DNA of 64,000 nucleotides. Source: Octopus bimaculoides. Its lineage: Eukaryota. Made by a program: the position numbers and the translations under genes. The notes beneath the pieces are model-generated. The model saw only the letters and a list, made by a program, of their open reading frames with translations, searched no databases and had not been told where the DNA came from. The DNA lies in contig NC_068996.1 in the NCBI RefSeq assembly GCF_001194135.2, forward strand, positions 8,064,304 to 8,128,303, in the 5' to 3' direction. Shown here one piece after another: positions 35,451 to 48,668 of the stretch (its first letter is position 1; every line of letters begins with the position of its first letter).

Positions 35451-37957
35451 ATGGAAATGAGAAATTTCTCTTTCTGGATCGTATACTGGATGATTCCATC
35501 ACCTATTCTCAACAGTGACTGTACGGAAAGGTGTGTATGCGTGCCTGATAGATACAAAAAGAAAGCGTTTTACCTTGTATATGAGCTCATTATACATTTG
35601 AAGGTAGACCCCTCCCACTCCCCATGCTTTATCCACTTAACTATTTTAGCTATGGTGATTAACTATTATTTCTATTTGTTGGACAACCAATATCAACTCT
35701 AATCAGACTATAGGAAATCAATATTTCAGATAAAATCTTTTTCTTCTGTCTGGTTATCCTAGTTAGTGTATTATTGCCACTTGTTGGAAAAATAAAAGAT
35801 CTTAGTGCCTCATCACATCAAATATCCATAACTGCAAATCCTGTTTCTTGAAGCAGCCAAATACCTTTTTGGTTCCCATCCATAATCTTAATTTACTTCC
35901 GGTTATGTTTTTTTGTCCATTTGCATTGCTCAACCAGTGAACAGTTTAGCAGAATTGCTAGAGCATCTTTCAGTCTAAGTTCAAATCTTGTTGAGGCTGA
36001 CTTTGCCTTCCATCCTTCTAGAGCTGATGAATACTAACACCCTGTTGGTTACGATGATAAGTGTTCCAGTTGATCTGATCAACAGAACAGCCTGCTCATG
36101 AAATGAATGTGTAAGTGATGGAGCACTCCATGTACCTTCATGCTGATGAATAACGTACCAGTCTAAGGCAGTGAATTATTATTAGAATTATTAAAGTATT
36201 GTAATGTATAACCAATAAATCCTAATTCAAAGAAACTAATTTCTAGTTATAGTCCTAAATAAAAAGGCATCTTATAGTGTTATCCACAATAGTCTTGACT
36301 CCATGTACGTTATTCCAAATGGCCGTTCTCTCTCTTCTTTTCCTGTCAAATGTGCATGCTCTTTATAACAAAGGAAGTCACTCAAATCCTAGCACAATTT
36401 GCATAACAGTTACAAATCACTATTATAAATTGAACAACGTATATTTTGCATAACATGTATTGAATGCATTGTTGTATTTGTTCTGGCTCTTTGCATTGTG
36501 AGTTCAAATCCTGCTGTGGCCTACCTGGATGACAGACAATCTGATGTCTGGTCCAATGAATGACGTTTGTAGCATTTGGACCAGATTTCTGGTTTGTGGA
36601 TAATTTTCTTCTACCATTCTTGAAGATCCTGAAAAGAGTCATGTGGGCTGCTCTCTTATCCTAAATAAGTAATCTACTATAATAATACTCTTGTGTTTTT
36701 CTCCGTCATAGCATATGAGTGAGAAAGGAAGGGGCAATAGATGAATAAAGAAGGAAGAATGGCAAACTGGTAGTGGAAGCATTTCAGCTCTGTGTGAGTA
36801 TGTGTGTGTATGTAAAAGGGGGAGGTATGTGAATGTTTGAGTGTGTGTGTGTGTTTGTGTGTGCAATGGGAGTGGGATGGTGAACATGCAATGCTGAAAA
36901 GAAAAATCAAACAGCGTTTCAACTTTAGTAACAAACGATGATCGATATCACATCTCAAAAGACAACCATTAGATAACATTGACAAGTGTATTCATTTGAT
37001 TTACCATCCGTATTTATTACTACAATCAGCTGTCATTTTTGACGGCATGGGGCCAACTAGTAAAAATATAATTACAAATTATGTTCAATTTGTTCAACTT
37101 GACTCGTTTTTGGATTTACTGCATTCATTCCCATATCCGTTTGCGATACAATGTCATACTGTACAGCTTTGCCTCGTACATTAAATAACAACGAAATGGG
37201 TCACTTCTACTGTCATGGGTTGTAATTTCTCACAAACACTAAATATACACGCAGATATGACTATATTTATTTATTCCTCATACAAACTTTTTGCCTGCCT
37301 TCCTGTTTATTTTCCTTGCTTCCTTCCCTAAAGAGAGAAAGAGTGAGAAGCCCTGTGTTGTTGTTCATCGCCCATATCAGCCCTTAATTGAGCAATTCTA
37401 TAATCACAGTCACTCCAACCATGACCATTTCGTTTTTCTTCTGAGAATAACATATCAAAAACTCCATCATTCAATATTCTCTTTTTAAAGACAGTATTAT
37501 TTTAACAGTTTCAGCTCAAAGCTGTGGTCATGCTGGGGCACTGCTACTGAGTCGTATATGATTTGAGTGAGATTTGGTTGTTGTTCCTAACAGGTAGAGC
37601 AACTGCATGGGCACTTCCACCCTGGTTTGTTGGCCACCCTAGTTGGCTTGCAGTACTCGCTCATTTGCTGTAGGCCACCCTCGTTTGCCTCTTTGTCAGT
37701 ATTAAAGATCTAATTACATAAACCTCCATCACCCCACCACTTTCTACTCTAAAAGCTCTACATATTCTAATACCAAAAATTTCCACTTTCAGCAGCACTA
37801 AACATTGTTAGTTAAGTAATAATAGTTATTCACTACATTAATGAGCCTCCCATGTAGCTCACAGCCTTCATTCTGCTCATCCCTGTTGATGACTGGTATG
37901 AGGTGTTGTAACATATACAATATCTAAACATTTTACCCACCAGAAATCCTGTTGTTG

Positions 37958-38184
37958 GTGAGCTGGCAGAAACGTTAGCACGCCGGGCGAAATACTTAGC
38001 AGTATTTCGTCTGCCGCTACGTTCTGAGTTCAAATTCTGCTGAGGCCGACTTTGCCTTTCATCCTTTTGGGGTCGATTAAATAAGTACCAGTTACACACT
38101 GGGGTCGATATTATTGACTTAATCCGTTTGTCTGTCCTTGTTTATCCCCTCTGTGTGTAGACCCTTGTGGGCAATAAAGAAATA
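37958..38184 (+). mobile_element. SINE family B, full length
   Basis: GTGAGCTGGCAGAAACGTTAG, B box GAGTTCAAATTC, A-rich tail, 16-bp TSD AGAAATCCTGTTGTTG (37942-37957; 38185-38200). Confidence 0.92.
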
Positions 38185-39769
38185 AGAAATCCTGTTGTTG
38201 TTTAGTCCTTGGTAGGCCTTGACAAAGAAGACTTTTGAACAAAGCTTCTCCAGTTTGCTTTGCTTTCTAATATAGCATATCTGATGTTCAACATATTCTT
38301 TCACCTCTTTTTGTAAGATGGCATGATTGTGATTTGGCTGTTATTTCTAGCAGGTTGAATGACCACATAGAAGACTCTGTCATTGAGCTTTCACTTACAT
38401 TGTCCATGCCTCTTGTCTACTCAGTATTTACATTTTACTCCATATTCAACAATAGTGTTATTTTTGTGCATCTAATTTTCATTGTTCAACCTGCATTCCA
38501 GCAATGACCATCCCACATTTTTTTCCAGACAAAACCAAAACATCATTACCCAGTGTTATAAATAAAATGATGGAGCAAAATTTGAGGGAGATTTGACTGC
38601 TCTTCCTAGTGAGCACTTGACTGATGATGTAGAGGCAATGTTATTTGATATAATAGCGTTCGATGTTTGATTGCCACATCTCTCTCCTACTACTTAATTA
38701 GTATCATCGTCAACCTCCAGACCTTTCGATGAAAGACCACTTTTCCAGTTCGTTATCAAATAACCTTTACTGTCATTGATTGAATTTGCAATAAGAACTA
38801 AGTGGTAATTAATATGTCTTTATTTCTTGCTTTGACATGGAGAAGAGGAAAGAAGCTGCAACCTAGAAATGGTATTTTTCTTTCTTTTTTTTTTTATGGT
38901 TTTTGTAACTTGCTGGGTCTGGAGGCAGGGGTAGAGCTTCTAACCTTTGCAGGCCTTCTGAAACCGGTGAGATTGATGCTATTAGTATTCCTATTGAACC
39001 TCTTGTGGTCAATACTGTGGTAAAGACATAAGCAGGGGAGAAATTCCAGTGGAATGGGGACCAATGTTCTGGGAAGGATGGACTTTGTATGTAGAAATTT
39101 GTGTGGGGGCCTGGGAGAATTTGGATTTGGACATGAGTGCCTCAGCGGAAGTGTGGTGTGAGCCTAGCCAGCAGTGTTGCCTTATGGCATAGGTGCACTT
39201 GGCAGTTGCCCAGAGACCTTGCAGAACTAGAAGCTCAGTTCTTATCTTTGGATGCTGTGGATTGCTGTCAATAAATACTATTAGGCCCAGTGCACTGATT
39301 TACTCAAGGGCCTATGAAGGGGTGCTGAGAAGTTCCTAGCTTTAGGGGGGTAGCAAAAAGCCACACCTTCCAAGTTCTTTTACATAGCTTAGAAAAACTG
39401 AAGTACTCCTGAGAGGGGAATATGTTGAATAAAATCATAATTAACTGATCCTCCTGTATTTTCTTTGACCCAAAGCTAGGATGCTGCTAAGGCAGTCCTG
39501 CCAGCCAGCCTCATTGTGTAGAAGCCATTATTGTAGTGGTAGAATGGGCAAAAAGAAACAGGATGTCTATGTGTACAACAGTAGAAATAGCAGCAGCAGT
39601 ACTGTCCCAGATATGAAAGCAGTATTCTACCATGAGACTTACCTGAGCTTGCAAATAACAACTACCACTACCACACTACTATTACTGTTGCTGCTGCTGA
39701 TGCTACTACTGCCTCTGCTGTTAAGACTTCTACAAAATAATAATGGTTTCTAATTTAGGCAGAAAACTA

Positions 39770-40700
39770 GCAATTTTTGAGAGGAGGAGTTTAATTGGTT
39801 ACATTAACTTTGGTATTTAATTGGTACTTTATTTTAACAAGCCTGAAGGAGTGAAAGGTAAAGTTGACCCCAGTGGGATTTGAACTCAGAATGTAAAGAG
39901 CTGCAACAAATACTGCAGGACATTTTTTTTTTCTGATACTGTCATGTCAATCTTCCACTTATGCAAATAACAAACTGACCAATGACAGTGATAATAATAA
40001 TTATCCTTTCTACTATAGGTACAAAGCCTAGAATTCGGGGGGATGGGGGCTAGTTGATTACACTGACCCTTGCTCAACTGACACTTATTTTATTGACCCT
40101 GAAAGGATGAAAGGCAAAGCCAACCATGGTAGAATTTGAACTCGGAATGTAAAACCTGGAAGAAACACCTTTGAGCGTTTAGTTTGCCCAGTGAGCTAAT
40201 GATTCTGCCAGCTTGCCCTTCTATCTGAGATGCAAGGCCAGAAATTTGTGGGTTGATGGATAACCGATGAAATGAACCCTAGTTCTTGACTGGAACTTCT
40301 ATTATTGACCACTTGAAAGATAAAAGACAAAGGTGATCTTGGCTGCATATGAACATGGAACATAAAAGACAGAATTAAATATTGCAAAGCAGCCATTCTA
40401 CTCATTTCAACAGCACCCAAACAAACACAACAATGATAATTGTTTTAATTATAATAAAAAATACAAGCTAAAAACAATGATTTCTAAGTTAGGTACAAGA
40501 CCAATAGTTATGAAGTGAGGTTTTGGGACTAGTTGTTAACTATCAAATCAACCCCAGTACTTGAATGTTACTTTATTTTTATTACCCCACTGCAGAGGAA
40601 AGGCAAACTGGCCCTAGTTGTTGAACTTGGGGCATAAGGAGTTAGAAGAAATACTTCTATAGGCATTTTGTTCAACCGTGTTAATAATTCTACTAAACTA
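39770..40700 (-). mobile_element. Four successive SINE family B copies (~39770-39910, 39990-40215, 40215-40400, 40490-40700)
   Basis: Each has a GA(A/T)AGG-CAAAG...TTTGAACTC-type reverse B-box segment, with differing divergence. Confidence 0.7.
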
Positions 40701-41084
40701 ATGAGAGCAGCAGTAATGAAATAATGAGATAAACAAAAATAACAGAAAAAGAAAAAAAAGATCCTACATAACAAAAGAAAATGTAGATAAGCATAAATAT
40801 TGTTGTTGTTCAGATGGTATAAATAGCAAAATATTGCTGATAAACATTTGGTAACATTAATGAGTGTCTGGCTAATTATAACATTCCAGTCAATTAGCTG
40901 CAGTTGTGTCTATTGTATCATCCTGTTGTAAACAATGTGTTGACAAAGCAAAGTTCCACAGTCACGTGTAGACATACTTAAAGAAAAAAAAAAAAACAGA
41001 AACGAAAACTATATAACTGCTGAAAATTGGTTCTTTGGATAGCATTTTAGTTGTTCTACATTCCTTACAATAACATCTAGGGAT

Positions 41085-41250
41085 TAAACTGGTAGAATTG
41101 GTTACAGAGTTGAAATAAAAGCCTTACAGTATTTTTTCTGGTTCTTTATGTTGTGAGTTCATATCCAGCTGTGGTCAGTTTTGCCTTTCATCCTTCTGGA
41201 AATGATAAAATAAAACACAGATACGAGGGTCAATGATATTGACCAACACC
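41085..41250 (+). mobile_element. SINE family B
   Basis: GTGAGTTCATATCCAGCTGTGGTCAGTTTTGCCTTTCATCC. Confidence 0.65.
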
Positions 41251-41874
41251 CCCACCCCCTCAACATCCACCCACTATTTCTGGGAGGGTTGTTGGGATAG
41301 AGTCCTCAGGTACATCTTCCATTGGAAGCAACTGTAATTAGACTTTCTGGTTGAATTCCCAAGAATGACCAACTGAAACTATGGATATCATCCACCCATC
41401 TTTGTCTACCCCTTGTGCCTAAATTAGAAGCAATTAGTCCTCTTACATCAGTAAAGATTATTTTTTGGGAATTCACATGTACCATGTTTCTGACAATAAC
41501 ATCTGTCAATTCCCCTCCAGTGTCTTCATTAAACTATAGTAAGGTGTAACGTTATTAGTTCTTATTAGTACTGTCATATCACTGAAAATGGTCTCTGGAT
41601 TCACTTGTAGCATGATGCTGATAACAACATCTGTTCATTGCCTCTCTAGACCTTCCTTTCATCTTAGTTAGGCCATATTTGATAAAATAAAAGTTATTCT
41701 GTTGCCGCAGCTGTGTGCATGTAAGGTGGCAGTTAAGTAAGGAGAGAAGAGGAAAGGCCAGTGAATGATGAAAGCATAGTTGATTGTAGTAGAGGTGGCA
41801 TATAATGAACACCACCACTTGATGATTGAAAAGTGTTTATGAACGGTGATACTTAGAGAAGTTTCTAACAAATG

Positions 41875-42030
41875 TGGATACGTAATGAAGATTCTAACAA
41901 GGTCGACTTTGCCTTTCATCCTTTCAGGGTTGATAAATTAAATACCAGTTGCATACTGGGTCGATCTAATCGACTAGCTCCACTCCCCAATAATTTCAGG
42001 CCTTGTGCCTAGAGTAGGAAAGAATATTAA
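41875..42030 (+). mobile_element. SINE family B, 3' part
   Basis: GGTCGACTTTGCCTTTCATCCTTTCAGGG...GGCCTTGTGCC. Confidence 0.7.
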
Positions 42031-42580
42031 GCCATTTTGAAATAATAAAAAGAATGAGACAATGAAAGGAACTTGCTTATTATTTTGAGGTACAATTATT
42101 AATCAATTCAGTTGAAGTCTGTTCACTTTGGTGACATTGTATATAAATAAATATATCTATATCAGGGATATCAGTTGATGTTACTTTTACTTTTTGTTCT
42201 CAGCACTTTTTTGCATATCAAAAAAGGTTAAATTCTCAGAAAGGAATTGAGAAACACATAAGCAATTAAGTAACTTCTGTCGACTTATGTTCATTCATGA
42301 CATGTATGCTATGACAGTGTATTAGTACCTTAAAATAATAGGCAAGTTATTTTCAAAAAAATAAATACGAGGTGTTACAAATATAGTATAATGATGGAAC
42401 AGCTAGTAACTTAAGAAACATCATAGTCATGGTTCCGTGCTAAGTTTCAAGAAAGAATATTTCCCCACGATACCGAAATTTAAGCAGAAATAGATATGTC
42501 AAAACAAAAGGATGAATTTTTGCAAAAGTTGATAGTTGCTGTCAAAATAAAATACATGTATTTACATCTGTGTGTCTGCA

Positions 42581-42664
<84 letters not shown>

Positions 42665-43052
42665 TATATATGCATATATATGCATATATGTATACACATG
42701 CACGCACACACATTTACATATTGATGTATATGTATGACGATTGTATGTTTGCATAAAGAGGAGTGTGACATTATTTTTGTTATGCTAATATTGTTGTAGC
42801 GTTGCATGTGTTTTACTTGTTATTTAAGTTAGTTCAATGTTGAGAGCTTGGCTGATCAGTTGACTCAAAGCTACCGAATGTAAACGGCTCATGGATAAGC
42901 TTAATAGAAAGCGTCAAAGAGAAATGGAATAAAGCTATTCAATGCTGAATGTAAAGTGAGTTAATAATACTGGAAGCTGAAACTTCATAAATCATCACTC
43001 CCAGCTTTCTATGATTCATCTTTAGATGATCTTGAAGAGTAGAACATGGAAC

Positions 43053-43090
<38 letters not shown>

Positions 43091-43358
43091 CATGCAGAAA
43101 AATTTCTAGAATACCAGCTATCTGGCTGGATAGCTGGAGACATAAATGCAATGAAGTTAAGCATGTAGGTGGAACCGGTGAAAATTTATGGTTGGAATAG
43201 GAGTGGGTAAAATTGGTTTGGAAAGAAGTAGGGAGATATGGTTTCAGGTAAGAAGGATTGTATTGAAATGTTTAATTCAACAGAAATGATGAAGTGTGAC
43301 CCTGACTGATGATGCATCAAGTAAGATTATTTTTTTCTTCTTCTTTACTGTGTGTGTC

Positions 43359-43389
<31 letters not shown>

Positions 43390-43461
43390 GACATGAAAAT
43401 ATATACATAAAAACGCATCCGTAAAACAAACATACAAATCTGCGCATATACTAACAGCAAA

Positions 43462-43497
<36 letters not shown>

Positions 43498-43501
43498 GCA
43501 C

Positions 43502-43772
43502 AAATACCTAGATGATGTTGATAAAAGTTCCAATGAAGGAGCCTTGAATCTATGTTGGAGTTCGGCTCTTTCTCTATGGACAAGAAATACAGAAATGAAA
43601 CTGATTGATAACATACATACATACATACATACATACATACAAATAAACAAACAAAAATACCCTGTTGTTGATGTTGAAATTCCAATGAAGGAATCTTGGA
43701 TCTAGGTTAGAAACCCGTTCTTTCTCTATTGGCAAGAAATCTTGAAATAAACTGAATAATGACATACATACA
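43502..43772 (+). repeat. Diverged tandem duplication, period ~153 bp, with (CATA)n
   Basis: AAATACC...TTCCAATGAAGGA...TCTTTCTCTAT...CAAGAAAT...ACATACATAC occurs at 43502-43640 and 43655-43772. Confidence 0.8.
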
Positions 43773-44436
43773 TGTCTCTGTGTATCTTATAATGTATGTG
43801 CTGTTCTTCACACATTGAAAAAGTTAAATTCTAAGTGTTCTCATAATTAGGTTTATGAGTGAAAATATTCCATTAGTGTGTAATGTTAGCGTACTTGAAT
43901 GACAGACCTGAGCAGAAGAAGTGGGTGTAAGAAGAATCAGTTTTAGAGTCCCAAAGAAAGGAGGACTTGTAGAGTCAGTCACGTATGATGCATATGGAAG
44001 ATGACTGTTAAGTGCATTTACTTGTGTGTATGCAGGATTCTCTGTCAGTTTTGCTGATAAATATTTAACCAGAGAAAGGAGTGAACACTTCCTACTGGTT
44101 GAATTAACCCTTAAGTGAGCTGACCATTCTTCAGAGGTATACACCTTTAATGTTGTTCTCAGGCCAAATCAGAGTTGTCCAATGTGACAAAGCTGGACCT
44201 TTTGAGTAATAGATCTGATTGATTTGACAGGCTTCCATGTAGTTTCCATCCACCTAATTTCACCCATGAAGCTTGGGTTGAGTAAGGTTATGTTTAAATG
44301 GAGGCAATGAAAAAAAAGGGCTATAGTTTAAGATGCCACATATTGGGATCAAACTGAAGACCTAATGATTGTGAAGGTAACTTCTTTACTACTTTGTCAT
44401 GTGCGGATTGCTTTCTTCCTTTTTTTGCACCCACAC

Positions 44437-44513
<77 letters not shown>

Positions 44514-45182
44514 TATATTTACAACTATATGTAAGCAACTTACACACATATGTGTATCTACATCTATAATCTATATAAATATAAAATAACGAGGATATAT
44601 ATTTATATATATGCACACACATACACACACACAGGTATGTATACTAGAAAACATTGATTTCATTTTGACAGTCGCTATCAACTTCTGTAGGAAATGCAAA
44701 TTGATGAAAGCCCACCTACCCCTGCTTTGACATATTTCTGATTAAATTAGAATACCGTGGGAAAATATTCTTCTTGAAACGTAGCACAGAACCATAACTG
44801 TAGTATGTCTCTTTATTTAAGTTTCCAGCTGTTTCTTAGTTATTTGAAATTTGCCACAGAATATATATTCATCCTTTGTGTAAAGAGCTTGCCTATTATT
44901 TTAAGGTACTGTTCCTGATTTATAATCAATTCGTTTGAAGTCAGTTCAATATATTGACAATGCATACATATTAGGGATATCTTTTACTTGTTTCAGTCAT
45001 TAGACTGTGACCATGCTGGGGCACTACCTTAACAAATTTTTAGTTGAATGAATTGACCCTGATAGTTGTTCTATCAGCCACTTTTGATGAACTGCTAGCT
45101 TATAGGGATGTAAACATACCAACACTAGTTGTCAAGTAGTGATAAACACAGACACAAAGACATGCATATATATATCTATCTA

Positions 45183-45215
<33 letters not shown>

Positions 45216-45355
45216 NNNNNNNNNNNNNNNNNNNNNNNNNNNNNNNNNNNNNNNNNNNNNNNNNNNNNNNNNNNNNNNNNNNNNNNNNNNNNNNNNNNNN
45301 NNNNNNNNNNNNNNNNNNNNNNNNNNNNNNNNNNNNNNNNNNNNNNNNNNNNNNN
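45216..45355. other. Assembly gap (N)
   Basis: N run. Confidence 1.
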
Positions 45356-45421
45356 CATGTTGCCTGTGGTGCAGTCGTTGTTGCTGCTGCTGTTGTTGTA
45401 ACTCTATAAACTGGCCTACTT

Positions 45422-45457
<36 letters not shown>

Positions 45458-45489
45458 CGCACATACATGATGGACTTCTTTCAGTTTCT

Positions 45490-45728
45490 TATTTCTTTAT
45501 ATTGCCCACAAGGGGCTAAACATAGAGGGGACAAACAAGGACAGACAAAGGAATTAAGTCGATTACATTGACCCCAGTGCGTAACTGGTACTTAATTTAT
45601 CGACCCCGAAAGGACGAAAGGCAAAGTCGACCTCGGTGGAATTTGAACTCAGAACGTAAAGACAGATGAAATACTGCTAAGCATTTCGCTTGGTGTGCTA
45701 ACGTTTCTGCCAGCTCGCCGCCTTTGGG
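45490..45728 (-). mobile_element. SINE family B nested in SINE A
   Basis: Full length; 15-bp TSD CTTCTTTCAGTTTCT (45475-45489; 45729-45743). Confidence 0.92.
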
Positions 45729-46129
45729 CTTCTTTCAGTTTCTGTCATCCAAATCCACTCACAAGGCTTTGGTTGGCCCAACTTTAGTAGAAGACACTTG
45801 TCCAAGGTGCCATGCAGTAGGACTGAACCTGAAACCATGTGGTTGGGAAGCAAGTGTCTTATCACACAACGATGGCTGTGCCTATCTGTTGATGTAATTT
45901 TTAGTTTTTCCTTTGCTATTCTTTAAACATTTTCATGCATCAAAAAGGTTAAATTCTAAGTATTCTCACTAGATTTTAAAAGGTATTTTGAATTGAATTC
46001 ATACATGATGGATTTTGCCATCGAAGATATTGCATGAGCATTCAGCTTTTATCAAATGACCTGCCCAAATAATTTGTTTATAGTGATCAAATGTTTGTGC
46101 AATGCATTAGCTCATTCTCTCCATCAAAT

Positions 46130-46295
46130 CTGAACAGGTGTACCGTGTACTGTGCGTCCAGTGCAGAAGTGATCACAGAACAATGTGAGATGAAGTGTTT
46201 TGCTCAAGAAGATAATGCACCACTTGATCTAGGAATTGAAATCACAATCTAGTGATCATGAGTGCGACACCCAAACTACTAGGCCATGTACCTTC
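46130..46295 (-). mobile_element. SINE family E, 5' part
   Basis: GTGAGATGAAGTGTTTTGCTCAAGAA...CCATGTACCTTCAC. Confidence 0.6.
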
Positions 46296-46624
46296 ACCAT
46301 GTGTGTGTGTGTGTATTACATTTTAGGTATGTGATGTTCATGTACGTGAATGATAGACCTGAGCAGAAAAGTGGGTATAAAAGGAATTAGTTGTAGAGTC
46401 CCACATGTGAGCAAAGAGGAGTGGTGGAGGGAGGAAGTGGAACAAAGGTGAGCGATGAGAGACAGGGAGGAAGAGAAAGAGAGAGATATGTATAGCAGTG
46501 AAGGGGAGAAGCAAGGCTAACAGAAGGAAGCAGAACGGGAGGGAGAGATAGGTAAGAAAGATATACAAACAGACAGACAGACAAACAGATAGATGGATAG
46601 ATAGACAGAAAGATAGAGTCGCGT

Positions 46625-47130
46625 CACCACTCCTCTTTGCTTACATGTGACTTGCGGTCACTTCTTCCTTTCTCACCCCAGCCGGCATAAAGGCAAGACG
46701 AAACTACTATTTTTCCGTCCAGCTTCGTCATATCACAGGCGTTCATTATCTCATCGCGTTTGGCCCTACGGCCTTTTAATGTTGTTTTCACTGTCTAATT
46801 TTTCCTGTCTTAGTTTGTGTTTGCTACCTTGGAATCCTCTGTTTAGTGGGTTAATCCACTACTCAGGAAGAACTATTCTAAGAGTGCGTCCTGCCTTATC
46901 TTCGAAACGCCTGGTTTAGAATAGAGGCAGCTGATGAAGGAATAATTCCATAAGTGACTTGTCTGTTTTCCTATGTTTTCGTTCTGTTGTCTGTAAACAA
47001 TGTCCGTTTTTGTTTTTTATGTCCCTGTTCACTTTTCTGACGTCCTGTACCCAGATATGCATCTATATGTACATGTAGATGTAGGTATGTACATATATGT
47101 ATGTATACATGCATATGCTCATATATCATT
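46625..47130 (+). mobile_element. CpG-rich unclassified repeat, possibly a Penelope-like terminal remnant
   Basis: CpG-rich island in depleted DNA, TTCGAAAC...CTGATGAAGG motifs, and a 25-bp inverted copy of its start at 46402-46426. No clear protein homology. Confidence 0.3.
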
Positions 47131-47162
47131 TGTATTATTATATTATCGAACGCGACATGTCC

Positions 47163-47201
<39 letters not shown>

Positions 47202-48006
47202 GTGTGTGTGAGAGACAGAGAGAAAGAAATGAAGAGAAATGTATGTTGCAGGCAGAGGTATGCTTTTCTACAAGGTGTGGTAACAGATGTTTAATAAAGC
47301 ATGACTGACTTGTATCTGTAAGGTGAACAGTTGTCATCAGTGCCGCCACCACCACAACCTCAGTCACCACAACCACCACCACAATCACCAATGTTCTTGA
47401 TTCAGAGTACATCGTTTTGTGCTTTATGATCTCACTGCTCTTTTTTTTGTTGTTGGTTTGTCTTTTATTGCTCGTGGCATAAAATGTTTGGCTATAATCA
47501 TTACTGCCTTATTATATTACCCCAAAACAATTATGTCCACTTGTATATCTTCTGTTAATTAGCTGTAACTATTTGCATTAACCTAAGTTGCTGTTGTTTA
47601 GAGCAGAGGAGGGTGTAGTAATGACTGTGATATCAGTAACAATGTATTTTACCCACACACACACACACACATATATATATACGTGCATACTCATGCACAT
47701 ATATATATATACAAGTACTCATAACCTAGTAACCGTAATGTCAAAAAGTATGACACTCTGAGTAACAACAGTGTAAAATGTTATTCCACAGAACCTCCGT
47801 AAAACCAGGCACCAATATTTAAAGCATTGTCCAAGCCTAATTAGGTTACCTATGAAGAAAACCAAACAATGCCAAAGCATGTGATCCCTGAAGACTATGA
47901 ATCCCAAAGGCAAGAATATAATTAACATACGTGAAAATGATTGGTAAAATTGGCTGAATTGCATAATAAGTGCTTATTTTTTTCTGACTTTGGTATTCTT
48001 AGACAA

Positions 48007-48058
<52 letters not shown>

Positions 48059-48091
48059 GTATGCATATATATATATATATATATATATATA

Positions 48092-48621
48092 NNNNNNNNN
48101 NNNNNNNNNNNNNNNNNNNNNNNNNNNNNNNNNNNNNNNNNNNNNNNNNNNNNNNNNNNNNNNNNNNNNNNNNNNNNNNNNNNNNNNNNNNNNNNNNNNN
48201 NNNNNNNNNNNNNNNNNNNNNNNNNNNNNNNNNNNNNNNNNNNNNNNNNNNNNNNNNNNNNNNNNNNNNNNNNNNNNNNNNNNNNNNNNNNNNNNNNNNN
48301 NNNNNNNNNNNNNNNNNNNNNNNNNNNNNNNNNNNNNNNNNNNNNNNNNNNNNNNNNNNNNNNNNNNNNNNNNNNNNNNNNNNNNNNNNNNNNNNNNNNN
48401 NNNNNNNNNNNNNNNNNNNNNNNNNNNNNNNNNNNNNNNNNNNNNNNNNNNNNNNNNNNNNNNNNNNNNNNNNNNNNNNNNNNNNNNNNNNNNNNNNNNN
48501 NNNNNNNNNNNNNNNNNNNNNNNNNNNNNNNNNNNNNNNNNNNNNNNNNNNNNNNNNNNNNNNNNNNNNNNNNNNNNNNNNNNNNNNNNNNNNNNNNNNN
48601 NNNNNNNNNNNNNNNNNNNNN
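48092..48621. other. Assembly gap (N)
   Basis: N run between (TA)n tracts. Confidence 1.
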
Positions 48622-48626
48622 AAAGA

Positions 48627-48668
<42 letters not shown>

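Larger units (their letters stand above)
44981..45880 (-). mobile_element. SINE family A spanning an N-gap, with nested SINE B
   Basis: 3' end at ~44981-45150; head at ~45730-45880. Confidence 0.75.

Noticed and set aside
38850-39260. GC-richer stretch, possible zinc-knuckle ORF1 remnant or exon
   Set aside because: No continuous frame or complete CCHC motif could be read.
39476-39753. Short ORFs on both strands and a minus-strand CTCAG|GTAAGT site
   Set aside because: Low-complexity CAG/ACT repeats; no recognisable domain or supporting acceptor.
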